Assembly (NCBI RefSeq): GCF_031769215.1
Contig: NW_026783057.1
Span: 1-64,000 of the forward strand
Reading direction: 5' to 3'
Origin: Ylistrum balloti
Taxonomy: Eukaryota
Length of the DNA: 64,000 nucleotides
Shown here: in pieces, positions 14,101 to 27,700 of the stretch
How the letters are laid out: each line of letters opens with the position of its first letter
How positions within the stretch are numbered: position 1 is the stretch's first letter
The notes under the pieces: generated by a model
Told to the model about the DNA's origin: nothing
The model's input: only the letters and a program-made list of their open reading frames with translations
Databases searched by the model: none
Position numbers and translations under genes: made by a program

Positions 14101-16217
14101 AATTTTCTTTAGTGGCTTGGAACTTTTTTTGAAATTAGATATGGAAAGAAAAGAAATTTTGTTCATTAAAAAGAGTTGTGCAATCAGGTTAAAAATGGCT
14201 ACTGTATCTACAAAGTTTTGACCAGGCTGTAAGAAAACAACATATCACCTGCTTCTTTTAATTCATTAATCAAACTCAAAATTGTTTTCTTAATGGTGTG
14301 AATAGTTCAGACTATTTGTTCAAGATGAGTTACATTGGATTTTAGACTAAACCTAAAAATATGATTTGGCCAGGAAATCTCAGGAGCACTTCATGCATGC
14401 TTGATATCACTGTCACTCCCTATTAATGTTTCAGACCAAATTTCACTGAAATCCACCCAGAAATTACATTAAGGAGTAGCATTTTAGAGCAAAATATTGC
14501 CTAACTTCCCTTTTCAGAGCCCTAGGAGTCAAATCAATTCAAGAAATAATTCCCTGCCCCAATGATGTTTCAGACCAAATTTGGTTGAAATCCAACGAGA
14601 TATTAAGCAGAAGTAGTGTTTTAAAGGAAAAGTGTTAAAAAAGTGGACACCAGAAGGTGGACAGTGCACAATAACGAACAACACATGATAGCAATTGGTC
14701 ATTTTGACCCTTTGCCTCAGATAACAAAAATGGCCTAACACACCATACCTGTGCAATGTTATTATTCAATTAATGGGATAACACAATGTACCTGTAAAAT
14801 GTTACCATGCATCCACAAAGAACCATGCCACCTGGGACTTGGAAAGACATCCTTCCTATAACATTTTGCAGTACACCTGTGTCTGGGTGAAATGCTGACA
14901 GTGTTGCCTGCTGGGCACGTCGGTAGTCTGCCACCGTCAACCCAGATGGTAGGCTTTTGTTTTTACTAAAAACATTACAAAAACTTCCTTTATTATTTTC
15001 AAAGCATAAATCATTTTTAGTTTATAGTATACAAATATGCTAAGTGAAATACATACATTTGTCAATTCATTATGAATATGTATTTAAATATTCAAGTTTT
15101 CCAAGAGTAGTATTCATCCTGCAATAAGCTTAATGCTGGTTATAATCACTTCATTCATAAATGAATTGTTACAATCACTTCATACATATACGAATTGTTA
15201 CAATCACTTCATACATATACGAATTGTTACAATCACTTCATACATATACGAATTGTTACAATCACTTCATAGATATATGAATTGTTACAATCTCTTCATA
15301 CATATATGAATTGTTACAATCACTTCATACATATATGAATTGTTACAATCACTTCATACATATACGAATTGTTACAATCTCTTCATACATATACGAATTG
15401 TTACAATCACTTCATAGATATATGTTACAATTCTTACAATCTCTTCATACATATATGAACATATATGAATTGTTACAATCACTTCATACATATATGAATT
15501 GTTACAATCACTTCATACATATACGAATTGTTACAATCACTTCATAGATATATGAATTGTTACAATCTCTTCATACATATGAATTGTTACAATCACTTCA
15601 TACATATACGAATTGTTACAATCTCTTCATACATATACGAATTGTTACAATCACTTCATACATATACAAATTGTTACAATCACTTCATACATATATGAAT
15701 TGTTACAATCACTTCATACATATACGAATTGTTACAATCTCTTCATACATATACGAATTGTTACAATCACTTCACTTCATACATATAGATATATGAATTG
15801 TTACAATCTCTTCATACATATACGAATTGTTACAATCACTTCATACATATACGAATTGTTACAATCACTTCATACATATATGAATTGTTACAATCACTTC
15901 ATATATATATTGAACAACCTTGACTCATGAAGAATTAGGTTTATTATAAGAATATGTTGATTTTTCTGCTGAATCTGAAAATATAAAAATTCTGAGTGGA
16001 CTTATTACCAGAAAGGAGTTTAATGCCATATATAGAGTACACTTGTAGTTCTATTTTACCTGTAGTAGTCCACTAAGTCCTTATACTGATATAATGTTTT
16101 TGTTGGGATCAATGTCAAACGGGTATCAGTGATCCAAGCATAGTAGCGAAGTCTTCCTTGAAACTTTGATAGGTCCCAGATAGGCTCATTCAAATTAACT
16201 GCAGATTCTAAGGTCAT
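5166..16217 (-). CDS. SFXN2: Sideroflexin (mitochondrial inner-membrane carrier), SFXN2-like, 327 aa, 10 coding exons
   Basis: Exons (minus): 16060-16217, 14792-14965, 12608-12703, 11523-11601, 10780-10865, 8850-8910, 7094-7160, 6276-6378, 5681-5728, 5166-5277. All GT-AG, phases consistent, 984 nt total. Motifs: [19 protein letters not shown] (SFXN2-type), [39 protein letters not shown]-terminal VFFNKGL*. The paralog call rests on the GRMSFQxPGGM motif and linkage to ARL3. Confidence 0.9.
7890..8830. repeat. Degenerate ~24-bp minisatellite in a sideroflexin intron
   Basis: Unit approx CAGACCTGGACCTTAGCAGGTGTA (period 24 at 8351/8375), decaying towards both ends. Confidence 0.8.
9025..10610. 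repeat. 37-39 bp minisatellite with two domains and higher-order structure
   Basis: 9050-9720: 38-bp unit GATAGTACATACATGTATGTCTGTGATAACTACCTAAT. 9720-10560: 39-bp unit A (GATGGCACATACAGGTACGACTCTGACACACTACCTAGT) and 37-bp unit B (GATGGTTCATACATATATGACTGACACACTACCTAGT), mostly arranged AAB. Confidence 0.92.
11850..12210 (+). mobile_element. Degenerate Helentron/HINE-like non-autonomous element
   Basis: Two copies of an internal repeat (CTATGAAGTT...ATGCTCCAGACAAAATT), a GACA microsatellite-like tract and a GCTCTCCC...GGCAACATAGAAAA end, matching the HINE layout described in oysters. Confidence 0.4.
12997..14092 (+). mobile_element. Helentron/HINE-like element with ~150-160 bp internal repeats
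   Basis: Starts AACAAGAGGCCC, contains repeated GATGCTTCAGACCAAATTTGG and TTCCC..TTGGGCCC blocks, ends ...GCTGAACTAAAAAC. Related blocks at 14390-14740, 17040-17990, 25730-26270 (reverse), 33781-34690 (reverse) and 44690-45110. Confidence 0.55.
15145..15905. repeat. 29-bp minisatellite, about 26 copies
   Basis: Unit CATACATATACGAATTGTTACAATCACTT (period 29 at 15181/15210). Confidence 0.92.
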
Positions 16218-17039
16218 CTTCAGAGCATAATATGAAAATATAAACATACATAACTTGATGACATTGAGAAAAAGACATAATTCTGCATCCTTACTGATCA
16301 CTTGTATATGTACATGTACATAATGAAGTAAGTAATGTCAACACTGAAGGCAAATATACACCGCTATGTGTAAATATATCAAGTCAACAGTAAAATAGTC
16401 CCAATGTACATTCAGCTTTCATCTCTAACTCATATAGAGTTATTTTGAACATCAAATCTTAATTAGATTACACATACACAAACATTTTTCACCTGTGATG
16501 CTTAAAATATGACAAGGTCAAACCCATTCCAGGCTAAAAATCATTATCTTCTCAAAATACACATACATTTGAAAAAAAAAATTATTGATCAAGTCCATTT
16601 CACTCATTGTCACCTAGAATAATCATCAACAAAATTTCTATTCTGAAAAGTTTGTACTATATCTAGCCAAAAACCTATTCCAAAGGTCATGACACTATAT
16701 CTTTCTATTTTCCAAATCTTCAGAAAAGATAAAGACGAGTTTTCAGAAAAGAAAAAAATTGTTCAATGCAATATTGTCATCAGTGTCATTAACATAACTG
16801 ATTTTATCAAGTAAACATGATATTGGCCACATCATGACCTTCTTAAATCATGAACAAGGGTCCTTCATCACTCTGCTGACTAATTAAGCTACTCAGCTAC
16901 TTTTTAAAAAAAAAATTTAAAAAAGAATTTCAAATATGACAAACAATTTCTGATACAATTTCACTATCGGATCCTAGCCTTATAGTCAAACAGAAGAAGA
17001 AATATTTTTAAGAACTTCCAATTCACAAATTGGGCACAC

Positions 17040-17990
17040 CCCGCTCATCCTTTGGTGCCAGGATACAGAACTGATTTGGGCAAAATTGGGTAATATCCAT
17101 TCATTCCTAAAGGTGGATCAGGATTTTAAAGAGTTAATTCTATTTCCCCTATTGGGCCCAGTCTCTTCACTCCAGATGGCTGATACTTTATAATTGTATA
17201 AAATTGATTTTGCTTCATTAAAGAATGCTTCAGACAAAATCTGGGCACTATCCATTCAATCCTACAGGAGGAGTAGGATTTTAAAGAATTAATTCTATTT
17301 CCCCTATTGGGCCCAGTCTCTCCATACTCCAGATGGCTGATGCCTTATATTTGTATAAGATTGATTTCGCTTCATTAAAGAATGCTTCAGACCAAATTTG
17401 GGCAATGTCCATTCAATCCTACAGGAGGAGTAGCATTTTAAAGAATTAATTCTATTTTCCCTATTGGGCCCAGTCTCTCCATACTCAAGATGGCTGATGC
17501 CTTATATTTGTAGAAGATTGATTTCGCTTCACCAAAGAATGCTTCAGACCAAATTTGGGCAATATCTATTCAATCTTACAGGAGAGGCATGATTTTAAAG
17601 AATTTACTCTATTTCCCCTATTGGGCCCCACCCTTCCCTACTGCCCCAAGCAGTGACTTATGGTTTATACGGAAATGATTCTCCTTCATCAATAGATGCT
17701 TCAGATTTAAAATTTGGGCAATAGCCATTCATTCCTACAGGAGCAGTAGGATTTTAAAGAATTAATTATATTTCCCATCTTGAGCCCCATCTCTCAGCAC
17801 CCCAAGTGGTTGATGCCTTACATTTGTACAAGATTGATTCTTCTTCACCTAAGAATGCTTCAGAGCAAATTTCAGCGATATTCATTCCTACCTAAAGAAG
17901 GAGTAGGATTTTAAAGAACTTGTCAAATTTCCCGTTGGGCCCCGTTCTTCTGATCCCTTGGAGCCTAGCACCAATTTGTATACACAATTG
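17040..17990. repeat. ~157-bp satellite-like tandem array, about 6 copies (HINE central-repeat family)
   Basis: AAGAATGCTTCAGAC anchors at 17221, 17378, 17535 and 17851 give a period of 157-158 bp. Same motifs as the dispersed HINE-like copies. Confidence 0.85.
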
Positions 17991-18022
17991 GTTCCTATTC
18001 CCCTGATTTTTGTCAGAATCTG

Positions 18023-18750
18023 TTAAAGCAACTATAACGTTAAAAAACACAACGAGAAAACAATATAAAAAATTCTATTTTCCAATAGTATGTTACAAAA
18101 CTAAGACTTTTTGTTAATTACTAAAATTAAAAGTCACTGCAACCATTTTTATTGATATCTAAAAAATAAAGAATGTAAACAGTGCGGTTTTGATCTAATT
18201 CATACATACCGCTCATAACCCTGATGCTGCGCATGCATATAATCCTAGAAAGAAGCAACACGGCAGACACAAATATGAAAAGGCGATGAGGACCTAAAAG
18301 TTACCTTACAGAAAGTGCCAAAAAGCTAAGACGAAAGGAGTCAGACCAGAAAAGAGGACTGGCAAGAATTTTTATTAGAAAGGAGATCGATAGATGGCGA
18401 AAGATGAAGGAGGATCTTGGACTGAATACAGATTCGGAATTTGCAAAGCTGCTGCTTGACTGGTTAGCTTAATGTTAGCCCTATAATTATAACGTATCCA
18501 CCTGTCATTGATTATAATCCAATATCCAGTGTTTGACGCGTGAATATGTTATGAACAACACTACTAAAAGTGTTATCTGATAAATGTTGAATGAAAATAG
18601 TTGTGTTATTCGCTTGAATTTGCTATTGACAACGTGTGTTTGTTGTTGACTGCAAGGTGGGGCCCAATTTGGGGTATTCATTCTAAGTGTAAAAATATGA
18701 TGGTACTGGTGTTACTGTGAATACATAATGAATACATCGACACATGTTGA
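18023..18750 (+). mobile_element. Second Kolobok-like element (one end seen) with a decayed first exon
   Basis: TTAA|AGCAACTATAACG terminus at 18023. 18275-18462 reads MKRR*GPKSYLTESAKKLRRKESDQKRGLARIFIRKEIDRWRKMKEDLGLNTDSEFAKLLLD(W), ending at a phase-2 donor tg|GTTAGC. The matching right TIR was not found. Confidence 0.45.
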
Positions 18751-18754
18751 ATGG

Positions 18755-19390
18755 TAAACAATATCCTAGTCACAGCAGATGTATCTTCACTTTATACTGC
18801 TATCCCACACTGGGATGGAATATTGGCAGTTAAAGATGCGCTTACCAACAATTATCAAATTAATTCCCCTGCTTGGATACTTTTGTGATTCTTGCATTTC
18901 ATTCTCACCAAGAATTGCTTCCGCTTCGAAGACAAATTTTATCTGCAGAAACAAGGAACTAGTATGGGGACTATTTGTCCCCCTAACTATTTTTATGGAC
19001 GACTTGGAAAACAAGTTCCTCCAGGGAGCCACTCTAAAGCCCCTTGTTTGGTGGCGTTACATCGATGATGTATTCATGATCTGGACTTTCACTAGCGAGG
19101 ACCTCTGCACCTTCATAGAGAGTCTCAACAGCTTTCACCCAACTATCAAATTTACTTATGAAATTCACTCTCACAAGATCAGCTTCCTGGACACATATGA
19201 GTTGAAAAATGAAGATGGATCACTGAGTACTATCTTGTACACGAAACCCACCGATGCACACTTGTATCTACACTATTCGTCTTGTCATCCCAGACACCAA
19301 ATACGGAACATACCTCTAGGATAATTCAAAAGGGCAAGAAGAATTTGCACAAATTTTAAGGACTTTGAAGACCAGAGTTCTCAGATTGAA
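18755..19390 (+). mobile_element. Penelope-like retroelement RT fragment (pseudogenised)
   Basis: Motifs ILVTADVSSLYTAIPH, FYLQKQGTSMGT, WWRYIDDVFMIW, FHPTIKFT, YTKPTDAHLYLHYSSCHP. One in-frame stop near 18890, a frameshift near 18980 and a stop at 19322-19324. Confidence 0.85.
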
Positions 19391-21571
19391 CATTGAACAT
19401 TAACTTCGTATATGGACCGACGTATACGATACTCATCTATTTTTATTTAATAGAATTTAATAGAATATTTATCTATTTTTAGAACTGTTATTTCTAATTC
19501 CAGTTTTATCTCATTCTAATTATGAACTCTTTCTTATTTCATTATTTATTACAGATGTACTCACATCGTTAGTCATTGTGTTAGCTTTACATATATATCA
19601 TATCGTCACACTCAACGATTGTTATTTATTCCAATGCTATAATATTGTTATTGTGTAACTGATTACAACAGAAGACTCTAATCTAGAGTCATTAATTCTA
19701 TAACCCATATAGTATAGTTAAATCAATTGTAAACCACTAACTCTATAGAGTTTGGTGACTTCCGCCTAATCTAATAGATCATTATGTCACATTTCTATCA
19801 TTATTTATGACGTAACCAACTAATGTTGTTGTTATCAATATGTGATGATGTAACAATCTGGGACTGTTGTTCTGAAGACGGGTTGCATGGACTCAAAGCA
19901 TGTAAGCAACTGTTGCACGAATAAATCGTGAATTGGAAAGGAGCTGCTCGTGTTGTCATCACTCTTGACACGCATTTTACTTTTATCTAGTGAGGACTCT
20001 TGTATACCTTTCGGTATCCACGGCAGCCCAAGGGAGAAAACCTTTGAACTTTTCACTTGTGGGACGTTGTGCCTCCATCCCACTGTATTAATATCTATTA
20101 ATGTGAACAGACAGAGTAGCAATTCCTGTGCATTTCTGCACCATGAGTTTTTTCTTTTCTGATTGTAATTACCCACTTTGGGGCCCCACTAGTTTAGCGC
20201 ATGTGATTGACATGGGTAATTCTTGTACGAGAAGCCAAAACAGAACTAGTTACTTAGATTGATTGTTAAAAATTATATATTATATCACTATAGAATCATT
20301 TACTGCAAACAAGAATTAGCAGAAAAGTTTAAAAGCAAGTGTCATACATAAGATATGTGCATTTGTTTACACTTTCCTCGTAATTCACCTTTTCTTTGCA
20401 GCAGAAGTAAATGACTTTGTCACATGACAAGCCATGTGACCCACTCTGCTTTCTTGTAATAAACCGAGCATGATCATGTTTATAAACAATAGTCCAGAAA
20501 AACAATGTTGTGACATTGAAAATATGTACAAAAACAACAGATTTGCTGTTATAGGCGCATGTATAGCTTTATTGTGAATATGTTTTATTATTCACAAGCT
20601 GAATTCTCCATTTCCCCATGTTGATATCTAAGGTAAGTCATTCATGACTAGTAGTGATTTTATTAAACAGTTGACAGATGTTAGACACTGCACCATGACG
20701 TAAGTTCACCAGTCCTTTGGACCAGGTAAGCTAAAAATACTAGAATCACCTGAGATTTAATTACTTTTCATCTATATGTCAAAATAATTATCAAAAATAA
20801 AAATGTTGAACATTAAATACATAGGGATAACTGTACAATAGAATTGATTATCGGATCTTTTTCCTTGTTACCCTTTAACACATCCTTTCACCTATGATTT
20901 TGATGGGCTATGACCAGATAGTAGATTCCTTTAGGTTTGCAATACTGTGTCATCAGTAACCGGATTATGAACAAGGTACAAACTATGAAAAGAGGTAAAA
21001 AAACAGCCATTACAATGCATCAAGTCCTAACTAATTCAGAACCTGTATCTAATGTGAAATGGAAATGAAGCTTGTATTTATTCTAAGGAGTACACATTAC
21101 TCAGGTTTATTCTTTAAAATATTCATTAGCTCTAACATAGAAATGCTGTCTGTGTGTCTGGGCTTTGATGACTATAGTGGTATCACAACACATCGTACTG
21201 TAATATATAGCACTTCCATGACATTATTTTTATTTATTTTTTTAAGTTCGTGATCATTATACCATACTAAGGCCTCAGCATATCATGTTTCCAGTTTTGT
21301 AAAGAAATCTAGTATATTCAGCACAGTAATGTGATACAATTTATAGTTTGGATATCAAATATCCCGGGGCTCACAACTTAGCAAGTAGAGGTCACGATAG
21401 CAGACAACACTTTTGATCAAATTACATTCTCCAGATTACTTTTGTGATCATGCCATTCCTGAGTTCCATGTCAATGATTTTTAAACATCTATGCATGTTT
21501 CGTACATATAGAGTATCATATATGGCTGACATTATTAATATTTACAAGAATTATTTTATATCAACACATAC

Positions 21572-21724
21572 CTTGACGAGATCTCTGGCTGGAGCACCTG
21601 CACATTATACGTAGAATTCTTCTACGTTTGAAGATACAATTGGAGTAACTTCCGCTTTCAAAATGAGGCAGTGACGTCACGCGTAGTTACATAGCGAAGC
21701 CGTAGATTTCCTTGGAGGAAAATG
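21572..21724. promoter_or_regulatory. Bidirectional promoter shared by SFXN2 (minus; non-coding exon 1 donor at 21571) and ARL3 (plus; ATG 21722)
   Basis: CpG-rich stretch with donor AAG|GTATGT on minus and ATG|GTAAGG on plus only 150 bp apart. Perfect palindrome GTGACGTCAC (CRE, 21671-21680) and ETS-type ACTTCCGC (21648-21655). Confidence 0.75.
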
Positions 21725-24700
21725 GTAAGGCGAAGTTGTGTAATTAAACCAGCAAATGAAATGTTTTAAATATTTTATAGACAGTACAACTACAAACATG
21801 TAGACACTATTTAATGAATCCGTTTTATCTCACCGAAAATATAGATCATTATTGGAATCAAATTTCTTTCCTTGACATGATCTGTACACAGACACACAGG
21901 AATATTGGTCAACGAATGCAATTTGAACTCTATACAGTTGTGTTTCGTATCTTGCCTTTTTATGTTGGCTCTTAGTAGCTGCTAAATGAAAAGTTCAACC
22001 AACAATTGCTCATGCATTGCATGAATTTTTTTATTTTGATGGTGTGAGTAGTGTGTGATCTAATCAGATAGAGGAAGTAGATGGTGACCAGAATTACGAT
22101 TCGCATTCGGTCGGTCGTCTATTTGTTGTCAGATAAATCATCTGTTGTTAAAATCCGCAGATTTGTACAAAATATGATTTTAAGTTTTATGGATGAAACA
22201 TGGTAAATCATATGACATTATGCTAATATGATCATAAATTAATTTCAGGCTTTTGAAGTCATGTGTCAATTTATGTATACAGTATCGTTTTATTTCGTGT
22301 GCATTCTCAGGAACTATGATAATTGGAAGCAAAATAACTTTGGGTTTTTATGGGCTACCCAAATACTCTTGAAGATCTGGTAGATAATGGATAACCGAAA
22401 GGTATCAAAAAACGCCTGTGATATGAGGTGAATATTTCCACAACAAAGGATCAGCATATATCTGGTATATGTTCTGAAATGAGCTTTCTTTGTCTCATGA
22501 TAACAGCTATATAAAGGAACCATCTGTAATCTCCATTTTCCCACCCATCATTTGGTATGCTTAATTCTTTTAGTGGTTGGTCACGAGTATCAGTTTTCAT
22601 CACACTTAATTCACATTTTGAGTCCAGATTTTTGTTCACTTAAACCACAAAATATTCATTGGCTTATGTAATTGAATGTTCTTTGAGACCTAAATGCTGT
22701 TGTCAAAAGAATATTGTTTGCAGGGGAATTTATGATAATTCTAAGTTTATTTAATAGTCAGTTTATTCCCTTATTATTGGTGAATGATTTACACCATGAT
22801 ATATGCACTTTGTCTCAAAGTTCAATAGAAACTAATATTGGTTTTAACTCGAAATTCGTCCATATTATTGCTTCACTATACGAAAATATGTTTAGTGCCG
22901 TTCTTCATCAAGGGTTTGTTTCCGATTGGTTCAAAGTTTGCCAGGGCACGCGTCAGGGAAGCATTATCTCCCCTTGGCTGTACACTGTTTTTATTAATGA
23001 TTTACTGAATGAACTGTGCTCATCAAGTTATTCATTTTCTATCCATGGCACCAACGTCACTTGCCCGACGCAAGCCGACGATATCACATTGCTCTCACTT
23101 TGTAAACGTGGCCTGGACAATCTTATGGATGTCTGCTATGCGTACAGCATTAAGTGGCGTTTTATGTATAATGCATCTAAGTCAACTGTCATTGTCTTTA
23201 ATGAAAGCAAAAATGCCTATTCCAAAAACACCCGAAAATGGGTTCTGGGTAATGGGATTGTTTCGGAGTCAGCCAATACGAAACATGTCGGCATTTTTCT
23301 TAACAAGTTCAAAATTGGATCTCCAGATATCCATGACATTGTTAACAGGCTACGCAGTCAATGTTTTGCGCTACTTAACTGCAATTTTTTTGATACTGGT
23401 ATGAACCCCATCACGGGTGTGAAATTATACAAGTCTGTTGTTATGCCAAGATGCCTCTTCGGCTGTGAACTCTGGTTTTCTCTGACAGATTCAGACTGGT
23501 CTCGCATTGAAACTGTACATCACCTTTGTGCAAAACTCATTCAAAGGTTCTCTCGTCGCACACGTTCAGACATCGCTCTAAGCATGTTAGGTCTTACTTC
23601 TATACAAGTCGAGGTCGATTTAGCCAAACTTCGTTTTTTTGCTAGTCTATGTAGACTTGATACTCATTTTTCCGCTAAAAGATTGTTTATGCTTCGTCTT
23701 TTTCATAGTTATTTTGAAGTCTGTAAAGAAGAAAAAGATCTTGTCTCAGATGTTTTGAACATATTTCATGAGCATGATTTACTTGATGTGTTACATACAT
23801 TTTTGCAATCAGGGTACTTTCCATCGAAACAAAAATGGAAATTTTTGACAAAAAATGTCTTATTGCGTAATTACACTACTGACTGGAAACAACGTCTTCT
23901 TCTCAGCAGTGACTTTTCTAGGTTTAACTATTTGCAAATCGAAATTAGGCCTTCAAATATCTGGCTTCTTTCAAAACGTTTCCCATCTTTGGATAACATT
24001 TGTGCTAGCGTTGCTAAATTATGGACTATGTCTCCTTCTTGTCAGCTAATGTGTGCAAAGTGCAGCACGTTTGTAAATGACGCAGTCGCACATTGTTTAT
24101 TAGACTGCTCACATATAGATATTTTGTCTCTACGTGATGATATATTTACCAAAATTGTAAATGATTACCCTGTACATGTTTATATAACTGTTGACCAGGC
24201 TTCTCGTGAGGCTCAGGTAGCCACATTTCTCTGTTCTCCTCCCGAAAATATTCAAGACATTTTCGGAGGATACGATGACCTTTTCTTCCACTTTTTACGT
24301 GATTGTTGTGTGTTCTCCGAAAAGGTGTCTCGCCTTACATTTCAGTAACTTCTTTTGATAAAAGGTTGCTATCATCGACTGCATTGGTGTCATTTGGAAT
24401 GCTTTAGTAATTTAATTGCTCACTTTCTCTTTCTGGATATTTACTTCTTTATTTGATCGACAACTAATCTCACTATCTTGTGTACATGTATCTTAAAATA
24501 TGTTAATATCTTTTTCATTTATTTGTAACTCTTCATCTTTTGGAGGAATAAAGAAATGAATGAATGAATGAATGAATAGAAACATTAGATTGTCTTAGCT
24601 TTCAATATGCTAGCACATCCTTTTGCTGTTAGCATACATTACCGCATTATCACTAAAGCAACAAAGATGTATCAGTTCCACATTCACTGAAATTAGCAAT

Positions 24701-27700
24701 GTTTTTTTTATTTTTGTGCTTGAAGGTTATCTTACTTCATAAGTTTAAGTGAAAAAAAAACTGATTTTGGCAGATTTACAGTTTTTACAGAGTTTGATTT
24801 GTAATAATATGAAATAAGTTAATTTCTGCAGTCTTTCATAAACATTCTATAGAAAAAAAATCATTCATCTCTAGATGCTAAAGTTTGTCATGTTAACACG
24901 GTTCTATTTTCAGAATCTTGCTGCAATGTTATGATCAGCTTTCCGACAGTTTAGTTTCAGTTAACATGGTTTTTTCATATGATTCACATCACTGGATGAA
25001 AGAATATGTTGCTCCCCTATACTTTTTCTCATTCATATTGTTTAAGTTGTTTGTTCTGTCAAACAATGTATCTTCCATCACTTGTTCGTTGCTACAGTTA
25101 ATGATTACATTTGAAAACAATATGTCTTTCGCAGAAGAATATATATACCAGGGAGGCATTGCAGAAAAATTACAAAGAACACCTAAAGATTTATCATTTA
25201 CATGCCATTGTTCAGAAACCAATGTGCAGAAAAGAACAAGAAACATATCGTAGATGTGTGTTTGACAGTTGGAATAAGACACCAACTCCAAACATGATAA
25301 TTAATAATCATTGTAGATATAGCATTAGTTTTGATAAATAATAATATGAAAATCTAAGTGGTTAGGTGATTACAAATTGCTTTCCATTTACACGTACCAG
25401 TGACCAATAAACTGTAACATGTTTCTCTGAAGTCATTTACACTAGCTCTGTTGCTCGAAAACAAGGGAAGGAACTCATTTGTATCATTTTGCTTGAAATT
25501 ACCTGAGTTGTTGATTTTTTTTCTGCAGGGTCTTCTAAGTCTATTGAGGAAGATGAAAGGTGGCCAAGATCAGCAGATAAGAATTTTGCTTCTTGGTCTA
25601 GACAATGCTGGCAAGACAACAATACTTAAGACGATGGCTAAGGAAGAAATACAGAATATTACCCCAACACAGGTAAATTAAAGAGAATGTTGACCTTTTC
25701 CCATAGTTATGGCAAATACCACAGCTTCCATTGTCTGTAAGTCTGTGGCATTTCTTATAAATCACAAGGTATTAACCAAAAGCAGATTTTGACTTGATTT
25801 GGTCTGAAACATCCCTGAGGGAAAAAAGAAACTGATTGTGTATAAATGGTAGGCATAGGCTTCTATAGATTTATATTTTATGTTGATGTAGAAAACTCAA
25901 CTGCTGTTAAAACCTATTCAAATGGAAGTTTGTTTTTTGTAAAAAAATTGTGAATTTCATGGTTCCATGATCTCACATTTCCTTGTAGAGAAGGGTAAAG
26001 TTTACTTTAGTTTATATAGGAAAAAATTGATTTTTTAAGCATTATTTGTGGAATTTCCATTGGAAATATTTCAGACTTGGTTAGAATAATGAGGGAAGGA
26101 TGACAGCTTGTTGGTATGCCCATAATGATCCTGGCTGACCCCCAGGATTTGATGTACAGGGCCAAAAAGAGTCCAGTTGACACTAATTTCAAAATGGGTC
26201 TCACATTTCTCTATGGGGAGGAGGTTAACTTTACTTAAATTTTTGTTGAAAAGTATCATTTTTCAGCATAACGTTGTTTATTACCTATTGGAAATAATTT
26301 TGTAAGAATTATTAGTATAGAATGACAGTTTTGATGATATGCATGTATTGACAGTGACTTGCTATCCTCAATGTCACAAATTCTTTTTCATGACACTTTT
26401 AAGTGCTTACTTTTTAACCTTTATATTATCTCTGGTGACCATCAAGGCTGTAGGCCTCTTGTTTGTAATTACTAGAATTAGGAACAGGGTGACTACAGAT
26501 CATGTCTAACAGACATCTGGTTGTTCTATACCACTATTCATAGGGTTTTAAAGACAACTTACTTAGATTTCTACACATGTTCATCTCTATATCAAATTTT
26601 TGAATTTGTCTCCCAGTTGAAAATCAACAGAAACCAATGTACTTACATAATATCTGTTTTTGATTTGATGCTTTATCTTTACAGGGGTTTAATATCAAAT
26701 CTGTGGTGTCATCTAAAGACCGTTGCCAAATGAATGTTTGGGATATAGGAGGACAAAGGAGAATAAGACCCTATTGGAAGAATTACTTTGACGATACAGA
26801 TGTATTGGTATGTTAGAAAGTATTATAGTGCAGTCAGAAAATGCAAATGCATTAATAAGTTAGATAGTATGGTGTGGGAAGAATATAACCTACCATCATC
26901 AGATGGTTTGCTGTTCAAATTGCCTTGTATCTGTTATGCAGCATCCATTCACCTGTCCAATAAATAATGCTTGTTATAAATCTTTCATGAAAACAATGCA
27001 AGTGTCAACCACTATTGTGTAAGTCATGACTATAGGTCATGTAAGGTCACACATGTGACCCCAGTTGTGTACATCAATTTTAAGTGCCAACATTTTATGT
27101 ACTTTAGAGGGAAATTTTATACATCCTGATGAAGCCCACATAGCTTGAACGAAACAGGAAGGCCAGATTAATAAACCTATGACCAAAGTTATTTTGAGCT
27201 TGTTGCGGTTGGTACTTGCATTTGTTAATCCCTATTCCTCAATTGACCTGCATACTGGGTGGTGTCTGAGCAAGGGATATCTGGAACACCCTAAATTACA
27301 CCAAGAACCACGGCCTTGGCTGTAGTCCCAGAATTCTTTCTTGAGAAGTAATGGATAGATCATTTTCAAATTTTATGTGCAGATTCGTCTTTGTTCCTAG
27401 TCGCGCATTTTCTCATTCAGGGACTTCCAAAAACACAGACGATTGTCTTGGCTTTTGACAGTAACAGTTTTTTATCGCTGTTTCTTTAGATGTAACAGAT
27501 GGATAATGCTCAGATTTTTATCTGTAGGTTCCTCTTGATTCCTAGTAGTACATTGTCTGATTTAGGGACAGTTCTAATAGATAATATGAATAGAATAGAA
27601 ACATTCAATTTATCAAACGTAGGCATTCAAGGTATTTATAGATGTTGAATGTTTCTTGAATCATTCTTTTTACAGATATATGTGGTAGACAGCACTGACA

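Noticed and set aside
19835-20176. 113-aa minus-strand ORF beside the Penelope fragment
   Set aside because: No convincing motif. A faint RGYP-like resemblance to an inverted Penelope piece is too weak to call.
21609-21627. Perfect 8-bp hairpin in the sideroflexin leader as an iron-responsive element
   Set aside because: It has a 3-nt loop, no CAGWGH hexaloop and no C bulge.
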